DNA of 60,582 nucleotides, the filler included, from Porpidia crustulata (lineage: Eukaryota): NCBI GenBank assembly GCA_964255105.1. It is 5 parts of 5 records of this genome, joined end to end, with 100 filler letters (N's around TTAATTAATTAA, not from the genome) between each part and the next. Parts side by side here need not be neighbours in the genome. Positions count along the whole stretch, not along the records: positions 24,285 to 36,319 come from CAXUWE010000574.1; positions 36,420 to 48,452 come from CAXUWE010000575.1; 3 more parts are not named here. The stretch is one strand, 5' to 3'. The translations under genes were made by a program, and so were the position numbers. The notes beneath the pieces were generated by a model. The model was not told where the DNA came from. It searched no databases and worked only from the letters and a program-made list of their open reading frames with translations. Shown here piece by piece: positions 24,285 to 37,041 of this stretch; the stretch's first letter is position 1, and every line of letters begins with the position of its first letter.

Positions 24285-24967
24285 GCTGATAGGAAGCTTT
24301 GGCACCATGCAATTTGGGGATCCAGGCGTGGATTTCCCCGTGTAGTTTCGGGTAAACGCCGGCGGGACGAAGCGAGTAGGGTTTCAAAGATTGGTGAGAG
24401 TGGTTGTGGCTGAGGTTAAGGAGAGCGTTCTCGGCACGACCCTTGATGATACCGAAGAAGGGGGTGAAGCGGCCTGGGGTGGTGGTTGCGCCTTCGCCTG
24501 ATGTGAAATTAAAAGGTTAGTACGTGAGGAGACTAGTATAGGAGATGTAGCCAAACGTTTAATTACCTGAAACGTAGACAAACTTGAAGGGATCCGACAG
24601 CGAAGCAAAAGACTTCGCCGCCGCGAGCGGGTAATCCAACGCGATCTCCTCGTACACCCTACCGTCTATCAGCTTGACTCCTTCAACTTTACAGAACCCA
24701 TAAAATTGCTGACTTTTTGCTGACATCATTCGCACTGATTCCTTGCGCCCATACACACCCTGTCGCTCCCTGCAATCTGTCCATCACCTCCGCTGGATAC
24801 TGATTGAAGTCTTTATGGATGATCACATCGATTTTCGGGTGACCTTCCGCCATAGGGACAGCTCGACGGCTTAGTATTGAAACTTTAGTTACAGCATTGT
24901 TGGTGATCATCTGATGAAGGCATGCTGAACCGACCAAGCCTGTCGCGCCTGTGAGAATGAGATGCAT
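24285..24967 (-). CDS. NAD(P)-binding Rossmann-fold protein (atypical SDR, epimerase/Fmp52-like); 3' end truncated
   Basis: MHLILTGATGLVGS glycine-rich motif, GCVWAQGIS, DYPLAAAKSF, FVYVSG-EGATTTPG and IKGRAE..LRPAGV across two introns. Runs into the spacer. Confidence 0.85.
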
Positions 24968-26697
24968 ACTTTCGAGGCTGGAGCTGTCACGTAGATATTG
25001 CGACTACGAAGGGGCAACATTGTCTTTAACATGTTACATCCAAGTCGGACTTTTCGGATTTAATACCCGAGACCATAGTCTGACACCCTTTCGATAATCT
25101 GACATTCCTTTCTATAGTCTCAGTAAATCAAGGGTTTATCAAATACTTCAACGAGTATCTTATCTCTTAGCAATGAATGTGATTACGAACTAGCACGCTA
25201 TTTTTAACCCTTCTAAAATCATAAATGAAATGTCGCGAGCAGATCTTCATCTACTTCAGTTCCAGCTGAAATAGCTCTTCTACACCGCTCATCCTTTCTC
25301 ATCCTCTCATCTTCCTCATCCCCTTCATCCTGCGGGACTTAAACGTTGGCGATCTTCACATAAGATTAAGGGCGATAGCAGATTCTGTCCCCAGACCCTC
25401 TCCATTGTACCCCCTAGATGGTCATCCAACAACTGTAACAACAACAACATCAAAATCAATATCAATGCTTATATTATATCTGATACTTCAACATATTCCT
25501 GCCTTGTCTGCCTTTTCTCCCTCGACTGTACCTGTAATCGAGACCGATTGAGACCACTCTTATGTTTCTTATTGCGCTTTTCTTACTCTGAAAATTGTAC
25601 CCGAGAATGCATGGCATTGATCTCTTGCTCAATATTTTCCTCGATACGCTAGCTCTAAGAACCGCCTATATGTGCTCGAATTTAGAAGTGTTTCGCTGAT
25701 TGGAATGCTTCATGATCTCTCAACAACAGATTTGTGATCTTGTATGCCTCTTAGTATACATGGCTCTAACATGCAGAGTATCAATCATGGGACCCAATGA
25801 TAGTGGCCAATAGCGATAACATGTATGAACGAATAAAGCAACTTTGATGCACCATTGCAGCAGAGTATACTCAATCTAGGCCGATCGTACTACTCCAAAT
25901 TTTGATTTTTAAGCAGGAGGTCGTTAGAAAATGGACTCTTTTTGATGATGCCCTCCCCATCTTTCGCTACATCCCTGGCTTTGGTTCTGGTCCTCAAACC
26001 TGCGACCAAATGGTAATGTCAAGTCAAGAGAGCCCGGATTGACCTGAGCTACTTCGAATAAGCTGGGCTCATCGTTTGAAACCCTAAATAACCTTCTAAG
26101 GTAGCTCATAGTATGATATCGACGAACTCGAGTCGAATCACCCGTCTTATTGCAACGATAGTGAGCCTCAGCTTACCTTCTTCAAGAAAGTTCCGCGGAC
26201 CTCAAGATCCCAAGTCCCAAGATTTTGATGCAAATCTCTTAAAAGGGTCTTCTATTACAAATCGTGACAAGATGAATCAATGACGCCAAAGTCAATCATC
26301 AACCCTTCGAGGCGTTTCTATTTTGCCGAGCTATAACTATTCTGGAGATGCCGTGCTGGGGAGAAATAGACTGGTCGTCGAATTTGATGAGCAGGACCCC
26401 GTCGATCTTCGATATAAAGGTACAGGCTAATTATGCTATTAGGGTTAAACATCTCATTCGCTTCGAATCATTCAGCGATATGTGACATGCTAAAGTGAGA
26501 AGCCTTGAATGACGAAGATTTTTATCAAGCAACGTTAACTATGATTCGATAAAAGTCACGTCGATGTTGTGTATAGCACCTTGTCGTTTCATTAACGTAC
26601 AGTGTCGATATGATATATGAAAAGCAAGTACTACAACGTTCATGACATAAGATACTGAATCTCATACAGTTTCATACCGCCACGTCAACGTGGTAGA

Positions 26698-28192
26698 TTA
26701 ATGTATCGGAAATCTCGGGTATTGCTCAACATGGACAGTCTTCCTGATCCCCGACTCTAGCTCACCAGGGCTTCTGGGTGATTTTGAATCACTCCACGCA
26801 CTATTCGCCGGGACGAGGCCGTGTGTCTCTAATTCATTGACCTTGGGAGGACTGTGCCAAGCATTGTCCTCCCCCAGTTCCAAATAGACACTCTGGGGTG
26901 CACTTGGATCGTAGCGGTCGTGCCATTGTGGGGCTGACTTGCGACTGCTGGAGGGGACAATGGAAGCCATTTTCTTCAGACTGCTGTTCTTGTTGCTGCT
27001 GCTATGCAGTTTGCTCGTGATCTTAGGAGCAAAGTGCCGAAAAAAGTTAGGCATGGTGATGAGACAACCACAGACGACGCCTGAGGTGATTTCTGCAACC
27101 CTGGAAGAGTGTGAGAACCGGGGGATCAAACGAGGAACAGATAGCAACGTACGTCCACAAAGCTACTGGGAAGAGATAGTAAGTTTTATCGGGAGTGCCA
27201 GCGCTATAGGCGCTTGTGACAAGGTGCATAATGCTTGAGATACATCCACTGTAGATATTTAGCTTCCAATGGCTCGTAAAAGATAATGATTTGGGACATA
27301 CAATAAGCCCGTAGCAAAAACGGCCGACACCCCCACTTTTCTTCTTGTTGGCATTTGTAACCGCCAGATTGACAGTATGGGTAACAGTAGTATCGCAAAG
27401 TCCGAGACTACATTGATTATCCCCCCAGCCACAAACACCAGATCGTCGTTGATACAATGTCCAGGAAGCTTTGGATTCCAAATCTTTTCTCTCGGAAGGC
27501 ACGGCCAGATCTCGATCGGGAGGTTGGCTAGGTAGAACAATAGGTTGAACCATATGACGAAGTGTATCAAATAGTATATCCTAGGTCTGCCGCTTGGCAC
27601 GAATATCCGCAGGTAAAGCAATAAGATCGACAGCTTTGTGATGAATATTATAGGCACGTAGATAATCTCGACAACGTTTGCGAGCTGGTCATCAAGATGT
27701 ATTTGTCAGCTATGCACTCCGTTTTGGCCAGGTATTGAGAGGGACATACTTTAGCCCAGGGTACAAGGTCTTTCACCATGATATTCCACTGATGGATTCC
27801 GGCGTGCTCGTTAAAAAGGGGCATCAACATGATACCGCAATATGCTAACAGGCCCAGCTAGTTGTGAAGGTCTCGATTAGCGAAATTGACACAGTAGGTA
27901 GAATTGCTACATACCCATGCTATAAAGCAAGTGTCTAGCTTCCCGTCAATGATCCTGCATCCAAGAACATGAACGTGTACCACTTACAGTCTTCCCAGCC
28001 ATGAGACCGAGTGATGTAAAATTTGGTGTACATTCGGATCAAAACACAAAGACTGGCAACTATTAAACAAATACTCTGGCACGCAATATTTGCCGTTCGC
28101 TGGGATGGTGGATCATAGAAATTCGGTATGATTCCCGGCGGTGGCTTCAAGCCTGGTGACAATGCGATGAGTGTAGCATTAGTTGTCTCCAT
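26698..28192 (-). CDS. PTH11-like (fungal rhodopsin-domain) multi-pass membrane protein without a CFEM domain; 6 exons
   Basis: PPPGIIPNF, IRMYTK..GWED, GIHQWN, ITKLSILLLYLRIF, CLPREKIWNP..GHC, NVVSDFAILLLPI..IWRLQM..RRKVGV, AEITSGVVCGCL. Five canonical introns, including a 20-nt second exon. Confidence 0.88.
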
Positions 28193-29537
28193 GGTGTAGG
28201 GTATCGATCACGACACAAGTGTCACCACGAAAAAGTAATGGGAGATTATTTGAAATATTGAAAACCATGAACTATGTAGGAAAACCCAGCAACGCGTAGC
28301 ACAACAGATCGAGATTGAAGTTAAAATTAAGTACTGTGGGCGCGCGATAATCTTATAAGAGTATGGAGCGCCTGTGGACTGGTGTGCATCATGTTTTCCT
28401 TGGTACAAAGGCTCAAGCTATTCTGCGGAGAAGCTTCAAGCACGTTGAGGTATTCGCCGAAGCATGGGATATGCGTGAAATCGTAGAGATCAAGCGTAAA
28501 TAGCAACGTAGCCTGTTATTTGCATAGCCCTTTAGCTCCAGGATACACGGGCCCATCCGCTGCGCATCAAGAGCTCCAAACACAGTATTGCCAATCAAAA
28601 GGCATTCTGTCTGCTCTAATTGTGAAAGGCGACATAAATGCCATCAAGGGCGACCGATGGGGGTTTTGGCTAATCAACACCATGATCGAGCATCACTAAT
28701 TCTAATGGACCAGAGCGTCTATCGATAGACCAGCGACCCGGTAAGGTATAGGACAAGAAGTCCAGGTAGTCCGGTAAAGGCTTTGCCCTTTAGTACCGTG
28801 AGGAGCTATATCCCCACACTAGGAGACGGCCTATTACCCTAGCAAAGCCCTGAACGGGGCAACGAGAAAAAGACACCTCATTACGAGTAATTTCTGATCA
28901 CCATACTATATTCAGATAATCGGGAATGCACATGGCTTTCATGGAGAAGGATGAGGACTCTTTGGCTCAACTAGCATATGATGGTGTATGAATATCGCGG
29001 GGTGCAGAAGCGTGATGCTGCGTCGCACATTCTTTCTGCGCGTCCCAAACATATGGAAACAGGGTGAAACCAATCCGATAGCTCGTCATTTCCGTGGGTC
29101 TTTGTGTAACGTACTCGATGCAGATCAGCGAAAAGAAATCAAGTCTTTGAGGAAGTTCTCATAGGCGCGCTTAAAGGGGGTAACTAATACCCGCTGCTTA
29201 GACCCTTTACTCTAGTGGTCGAGCCACAAAAAAGGGTACTATAGTGGGACTTATTAATTTGTCTGCCTATCATCGAGCATCGATAATCACCTCCGACTAT
29301 CGTTTGATGTTCCCCGCATGAGTATACAAACCTAAGTCAGAAAGCAGATACTGGGCGCAAATTATCCGACCGGTTTCTGTAGAGTAGGTAGGCACCTCAT
29401 ACGATTACCAAACCGACGTCTCAAATCTATTCCCAAACCTTCCTATTCTACAGCTCCAGGTCAAATAGTAATATCTCCGTGACATGACTCGAGAAGACCA
29501 GACTGTCTAGAGTATTTCCATTTGCCTCAAGCTCAAT

Positions 29538-30140
29538 ATGTCAAGCTCAAGGCCACCAAATGAAGGCCAACTGTCGTCGAACCTTCCTGGGGTTACCCAC
29601 TATATCACAGGGCACGATACCTCGACTGGCAAAGCCATCGTACAGTTCACTCGACCTGCCTCATGGGTCCCGATCCTCAAGGGCGCAAACGCGTTCAACG
29701 TCGTCTACACCACCTCCGAGTTCCCTGCCTCCCTCAACGACGATAAAGACTTGAAAGCTCACGACGAGCTGATGGCTTCTAAAAAGCTTGGACTGGTCAG
29801 CCCTGGTGGCACTGTCTGTCGAATAGTCGACTTTGCTCCTGCCAAAGACCCGTTGATGCATCGTACACAAAGTTTGGACTACGGTGTGGTACTGGAGGGA
29901 AGCATGGAGATGTCACTGGATTCGGGTGAGACAAGTCTGCTGCACAGGGGCGACGTTGCCGTTCAACGAGCCACGATGCATGGCTGGAAGAACCCGAGCA
30001 CTACAGAATGGGCCAGGATGCTTTTTGTTCTACAGGACTGTCAAGCCGTCGTTGTCGATGGAAAGAGCTTGGGAGAAGACATTAGCCACGCGAAGGCTAT
30101 CGATGAGACATTACCAGAAAGCAGCAACTCCAAGCCATGA
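29538..30140 (+). CDS. Cupin-domain protein (fungal cupin-2 type)
   Basis: Intronless 200 aa. YITGHD..GKA, GGTVCRIVDFAP, MHRTQSLDYGVVLEG and GDVAVQRATMHGWKN cupin motifs. Confidence 0.9.
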   Translation: MSSSRPPNEGQLSSNLPGVTHYITGHDTSTGKAIVQFTRPASWVPILKGANAFNVVYTTSEFPASLNDDKDLKAHDELMASKKLGLVSPGGTVCRIVDFAPAKDPLMHRTQSLDYGVVLEGSMEMSLDSGETSLLHRGDVAVQRATMHGWKNPSTTEWARMLFVLQDCQAVVVDGKSLGEDISHAKAIDETLPESSNSKP

Positions 30141-32640
30141 TTGTTGTTTCACGTCTATCAAGCGAGCCCACGATATTATGAGATGATTGGAATGGATTAT
30201 GGATTATTGATTAGGGCTTCGCATGCTATGGTTCAACACAAAAGCCTGCATACCAGGAAGAGGTCCAGGGAAATACAACAGATGAGTAGCTTTTACCCTC
30301 TCTGTACGACGGCCACCTAGACCTAAAGACCGCAATTCAAACCACATGTACACATTCAGCTTAAGCTACACATTTTTGGCGCCCTCTTCGATAAAGCCAA
30401 TATGTATGACGATAAAATATCTCCAGTGTTACTTGTTGTCTTCTCTCAAGTACTTCAGCAGGCATCACAATCTCTCTCATCTACATTGATCTGAAGGTGA
30501 CACATATTATCATCTAGGTACCTCAAAGAGCTTGAGGCACCAGATCTTCGAGCCTACACCATTTTATCCCGCAACTGTCTGGCTCCATTCAGTATTTTAC
30601 TATAACTGTTGAGAGCTTCTTTCAGTACTCTTCAGCTCGTACTATCGAGTTCATCACGCACACGTGATGCAGTTAAATTCGAGATGCGAGTTGAATAATG
30701 TCATCCGTCTCGGAGATCTTATTTGTTCTATCTATACTAGCGGCTCATGATTTAGCTCAAGCGCCATCTAGTGGGTATTTTACTTCTCCCTAGATTGACA
30801 CAGTCCACGTTTCCGATGCTTCGGCAAATCACGCTAAAGGCTATCGGATCTATCGTCGCGCCATAAAATATGACTCTAGCGATAAACAAGGAATCCCATG
30901 CCGGATCATCCGAGATCTCCAGTCGCGGCGGGTCCATTCAGGAACTATTTCAAAATATATCCGTCATAAGTAGGTCTCATACAGGGGGGGTATGAATAGT
31001 CATTTAGCAGATGGGGGTATGCTTTGTTCAACTAAAGCGTATCCAAAAAACTAAAGACGTTATAGATTGAAAAGTGAGCGAGCCTTTGAGGCTTCCAAGC
31101 GAGACGGATTTTCACAACAGACCTAGTATCGTGCGAATGCCTCCCGTCAGTCGAAATCGGAAACTGGGACAAAGCATGTACCACAAGGCAATTAGATGGC
31201 TAGATGGTCTACATTGCCTCTAGAATAGACCATGATCCTGATATCGAATCATCGTCGGCTTGGTGGTGGGTACTTTGTAGGCTACGCGCAGTACCTTGTC
31301 CTCAGAGTCGGGTCGATAATTGATCGGAAGACATGAGCACTCCAGGACAACGACTTCCTATCGCTCTAGTGCCGGTGTTCGTGCAACATTCCTATCTTTC
31401 CAGGCCTCGACTAGCATCAATTAGCCACGCAGTTGAATGAGCACATTTACCGAACTTTACCGATACCTTGTGAGCAAATTAATTGTACAAGTGATCGGAC
31501 TTTTACATCTGTAAGCTTTGCTGCTTCGATACACATGATGTTCGGACATAACATTCGTCTCATCGACGGAGAACCCTATCTCTCTGTGACAAGTGCCTGA
31601 ACGACCACAATCGTCGTGGCTAGAGATATTCTCTCGTGTCTAACTTAATTTACCGGTAGATATATATGATAGGCTTATTTATTGGATTAAGTCCCCCGCT
31701 GACAAGACTCGTGTATCTACAGATGGAGCCTTGACGACTGATAAAGGAGCCAATCAAATGACAGACGTGCAGCAGGTTGTCGTCGTCGGGCTTCACATAC
31801 ACGTCATATTGTTCGGTAATTCATGCTCACGACTGCGACTTTGCATATACGCCGTGAGACCCATAGATCCTTACATTCCCTAACTCAAACACATCTGTGT
31901 CCTCAATGCGACAGCCACCCTCATCATGTATGCAATCTGTTACGTGAGTCGTTCAATACGCTCAAGAGAACAACGGATATATTTCGGGTCGAACTAGTTA
32001 CTGATAACAGATACAGGCGTGATATCCTTTTCGGGAAGACCCTCTATTCTCAATTCTTGATTGACGTGTTGGAGCAGAGCTAGACATTCACGACATCGAA
32101 GCATACCCTCACCTTCAACAAGACCGCTCGTTGTTTACATCAAATATGATCCATATGATCCGTAGAATACGGTAGTGTGTCAAGTATTGCAAGATCAGCC
32201 ATGCATAGACTACTTACCCGGACTTGCTCATGTCGCATCGTAAGTTACAGCGACACCGGAGAAATCGCGCTCAGGGATCCTCGCGCCTTCACCTTGCTTG
32301 TCTCCACGCCTTCGAGAGATCTATGCCCAGCTTTATATAATCTCAGCCCTGCACAACATGATTCAATGCGATGAAGGTACTCACTGGTGGTAGAACAATG
32401 AATCTTATGCTGATTCAATTTCGGCCAAGCCGTGGTTTCACTTGCTCCTTCCTCTTTGATTCACCGGAGGTCTGAATGGAAGCTGCGGCTAGAACCAGTA
32501 TCTCCATTCAAGTTTCTACAACACCGCTTAAACTTTCCTCATCAATCTTTGAAGAATCCCACGCCTGCATCTACAACACGTCCACAGTTTCTAGGGAAGC
32601 GTCTGTTATCAAGACGGTACTTTACCGTGATTCGATCAAT

Positions 32641-34521
32641 ATGCTTCGTCAACGTCTTATGCATGATATCGCCGAACTGCAGAGAAGGCCCTATCCTAAC
32701 ATCTCTTTGATCTTGAAAGACGAAGACACGACGAAAGCGTGTCTCATACTCCACCCCAACGGTGACATTCCACTCCACTTGACCGTAATCTTTGGCGACA
32801 ATTACCCTCTCTCGGCGCCAAGGATTACCATACAGTCTACCCTGCTCCATCCTAATGTCTATTCATCTTACATTTGCGCCTCTATACTTAATACGGATGA
32901 GGGTTATACACCAGCATACACACTCAAGGGGATTGCAATCCAACTTCTTAGTTTCTTTGCTAGCAACAAAATGGAACAAATCCATACAGCTACACAAGTC
33001 GAACTTGCTCGATATCGTGCTTCTCCTGCTCGATTCTCCGCTGAATCTAGCTTCCACTGCTCTCGATGCAATTTCGACGAATTGACTAAGATCATTCCGA
33101 CAGATAACCGATCTACGAATTTGTGTGTTACGAATGCACTGCAAGGAATTAAGGAACCAATAAGTTGCAATCAAAGTGGAAGCAAGGCATCAAGAGAGAA
33201 AGTACATGATATATTCATCAGCATGATTGAAAAATTGATTGCCCTGCCCCAGGAGTTGATACTTCTCACACTAGCACAACTTGATACTGAGGAGCTGCTC
33301 GCACTGAGCGCGTGCGATCGGATTCGGGTGGTCATAGCTGATTCTGATCTGATTCGTCTCCGCGAACTTGAATGTTTTTGTTTAAAGAAGAGCTTTGAGA
33401 TTCCAACACTTGGTGTTGGGGTTTACGTAGGAGGACGACGGGGAAAAGCCACTTTTTCGTCTGAATTTGATCTTCTTTCCAAAGAAGCCTTCGATAAATA
33501 TAAGATCCGAAAATCCGTTCAAGGACTACCTTTCCAACATTGGATGCCACTCCCAATATCTCGACGCCATTGGCAGATAGCGAAACAGCATACAGATATG
33601 GCACTGGCGAGCCTAACCCACGTATTAAACTCTGGACACGGGGGATCCAAAGCCAGCGTTTTGTACCAGTTCATGAATAACGTGGTTGTACAGTTCAGTC
33701 GTACGGCCGGCCAATGTTTCATCAGTGGTCGCAAATGCCCCACGAGCTCCCTTTCGCATGCTTCAGAGAAAGCTATTGAGTCATATTTCGCTCTCTTCCC
33801 CCAACTAATATGCATTACAATTGAAGACGAAGGGATCACCAAAGAGGCAGAACGGGTGCTGAAGGAGTTTCAAGAGGGAAAAATTTACAAAGCGCATTGT
33901 CCAGATTTGGGACACCTCTTGGTCGGCATCCTGGTCTGTGAGCAGGATATGACTTAGGACCTGACCTTCTTGATCATCAAGGAAGCCATAACTAGGAATG
34001 TCGTATGGATGCTTGACCCGAAGGGCGCTGGGATGGTAGAATCAAGCTACTTCGAGCCGTCTGCAGAATCGGACTACCGTCTTGAAAAACCCTCTAAAGC
34101 ATCGAAAACTTCATACCGGCTACTTATGTTTCTTGAGCTTTTCCGTAAGACCGCCCGTCCTCCTGGAAAATCTATCCACCAAGTTTGCGATGAGGCTTTT
34201 GAGGCTCACGGTGCTCCTCCAAGAGGTACGACTGAGCGCCTTGCCACTGAGGTTCGTCGTATCCATGCTATTGACCAGTTTCCTCCGTTCCTCAAGTACA
34301 TGGGTATCACTGTACTGCCAAGTAAGCAGGAGTTCACGGAGTTCCTCAGATATTCGATTGACGAGAGTATGCTTGTGGGATACTCTGCATGGCCAATGAG
34401 CCAATCTCAAGCGCTTGCAAGCCGCCAGATCTGCGAGCCAGGAGTAGAGGTTACGCCCGGAATCACCCCAGATCAGGTGATACCAAATCGTCTTAGCTTC
34501 TTCCCCGGACGCAAGCGATGA
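32641..34521 (+). pseudogene. Ubiquitin-conjugating (E2/UBC) domain protein with a long C-terminal region, interrupted by an in-frame TAG at 33955-33957
   Basis: LRQRLMHDIAELQ..PYPNI, YPLSAP and HPNVYSSYICASIL (HPN motif plus active-site Cys). F-box-like LIALPQELILLTLAQLD. Reads CEQDMT*DLTFLIIKEAITRNVVWMLD in the same frame, continuing to TGA 34519-34521. Confidence 0.75.
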
Positions 34522-35806
34522 GAAATTCTGATGATGTCGCCTTTCATTTGATAATGGACTCAATCCTACGGAGTGAGGGGGCAGAGGCATCCTATCTTGA
34601 GATTAGCCAAGCCTCTTTCGTAACATAAGAATTAAGGCTACATTTGCGCAGTCTTCCAGGGCTGACTGTTTCCAAATTAATGTGGGAACTTAATAAAGCA
34701 GACATTCTTTAGTAAAGTACATTGAATGAGGCGGGTCGGGATCGGAAGCCTAGCTGTGTGGTTGACAAGGCTAAAGTACGTTCATGACGTACTACCCAGG
34801 AAGGGCTTCTCTGGCAACAAATTTCTAGAAGTCGGGTTGATATCTAGCTTGCCATGAGCTGGCCATGAGCGTGCTTTCTTGGTCGGAGCTGTGAAGTATT
34901 TGAGGAGAAGGCTAGGTAGTCCCCTATTTCTTTATGCTATGCAGTATCACTTATATATTAATCTATGGAGAGTTTAAGCCAGAAACAGCGTGTTTTGTGC
35001 ATCAGTGTGTCAGAAATGTGGAGACAAATGTGGTAACGTGAAGATCAGCAACCGTGGAGAGCTGAGTCAAATTGTGATGGTCACACCAAGAGATTCTCAA
35101 GTAAAGCCAAGTTTGTACGAAGAACCGATCTCGATTTCTTGGTTTTGCAGCTTCGGCCGTATCATGAAATTTTGGCGTTTGTATAATGATAAAGTAAGAA
35201 GCCGCCGCTACCTAGCACCCATATTTGATCGTAGACAGCCAAACTCAATGATCATAACCTAGGGTTTCTTCACCCAGAGCATCCATGTTGTGAGGAGTCG
35301 TAGTGAACTATATCAATTGACTAGACTAAGCCTATAATACAAGGAGAATAACTTAAGGAGGGAAAGGAATTCTGTCGCGAAAACCTCCTTTTGGGATCGG
35401 CTTCTGAGCGGAAGGAATTCCGTATCGAGAATGCAGGTACGTAGTACCTAATCCAATTAATGGGTCTAACCCATAACACATGTGCCCGTGGTGTCGTTCT
35501 TGCAAATTGTCCCCGATGGTGGTTTCAAGGAAAAGGTCGCCGCCCTCATCGATCGAGGTAGGCTCAAGTTATTCTTTGAATCTATTAGTTCTATCAAGGT
35601 GATATACATTGCGTGTCCTCTCCTTTTGCTGTCAATCTCCTGGAAAATTTACACCATATTGGACTTAGTATTTGGCTCAGTCTCAAGATCAGGCTATTTT
35701 TATTCCAGAAAGGACTTTCGATAGAAGTTTATTTGTGAAGCTGAATCTGATAACGTTTCTCTATTCTCGCAGCTCTTTAGTATTTATGCAGCATTAATGA
35801 TTCGTG

Positions 35807-36319
35807 TTGAGATATATGATGGGCTGACTTAGGGTGAAAAGGGTTGTAGATTGAGTCGGTCTAGCTACGTGTCTATATATCGGAGGTCAGGTGATCTTAC
35901 TAGCGTAAGCACCCCGAACACCTAGTCGTAGGACCTAGATGCTCTGTTTTCAACAATTCGACTAGATGAATTTATAAAGTAAATCGATGATTCTTAGCAG
36001 CGCAAAGTTTTCCATATATCATTCAAGATCGTACAATGAAAAGCAGGCAATAGATTCAAGAAACGTTAAAGCGTACTACATTTGAACAAAATATATAAGA
36101 GTATTAATGTTAAATTATCGACATTCAAGGGAAAAATAAGATAACCGAATCTTTCAGACGCTGTAGAATTTATCGTAGAAATTAAAGTAGCAAGGAAGAG
36201 ATCGCACTCGAGATAGTCTTCATTTAATGTGGACAGGGCCGGTGAAAGGATGATAATTCTTGAAATATATGACGGGCTGACTTAGGGTGAAAAGGGTTGT
36301 GGATTGAGTCGGTCTAGCT
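35807..36319. repeat. 60-bp direct repeat (35807-35866 and 36260-36319, period 453 bp); the second copy ends at the contig edge
   Basis: TTGA(G/A)ATATATGA(T/C)GGGCTGACTTAGGGTGAAAAGGGTTGT(A/G)GATTGAGTCGGTCTAGCT, 57/60 identical. Confidence 0.9.
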
Positions 36320-36419
36320 NNNNNNNNNNNNNNNNNNNNNNNNNNNNNNNNNNNNNNNNNNNNTTAATTAATTAANNNNNNNNNNNNNNNNNNNNNNNNN
36401 NNNNNNNNNNNNNNNNNNN
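36320..36419. other. Artificial contig-join spacer
   Basis: N44-TTAATTAATTAA-N44. Confidence 0.98.
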
Positions 36420-37041
36420 GATCGGGGCTGGGGTGGGACTGGCATGCGCCAGGGCGATAGCGAGCAGGATGAGGGTGGGCAGCTGCATAGTAAAATGGTT
36501 CTGCTGGGAACGATACCGTACTAGACTCCTTTAGGGTGTAAGCAAGGGGCTGGTCGAGGAATGCGGACAATCTTTCCGCGGACACATGGTTCTATATAAA
36601 CACCACGGAAGCTCGAGACGAACGTTGCTCGAGGACAATACTGCGCTCTCGATCTCACACACGCACGAACTTCCCACGGATCGTCCAAACTCCTTTGCGC
36701 CGGTGGACCTTGACTCGGTGGGTTAGGAGACGCATCCGGACTTTTCTTGGCACTCACACAAAGGGACGTGTTACCCACAAACGCCATGGTCCCATCAACC
36801 GCCTGAAAGTCACTTCAAGGCTTGAAAAGTACGAGTATGGGCGCTGAAGATCAATGAAGAGATGGTCAATCAGTAGGCTGGCGCATGATATCAATGAAGA
36901 CATTGTCAAATCATTTTCAGGGGGTTTGACAGCGACGACGAAAATTCCAAGGCCAGATCCGTTGACGCCAAAAACCACCACAACACCAATCTGTCCCGCT
37001 ACGCTCCAACAAAGTAACAGAGATGGAAAAAGAGACAGTCA

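Noticed and set aside
30120..30140. Cupin C-terminus SKP as a peroxisomal PTS1, or hidden PTS1 after the other stop codons examined
   Set aside because: SKP does not fit (S/A/C)(K/R/H)(L/M). The stops examined (AA5 gene, SPT16, SWIRM, carrier, cupin, cyp15) lack a readthrough context.
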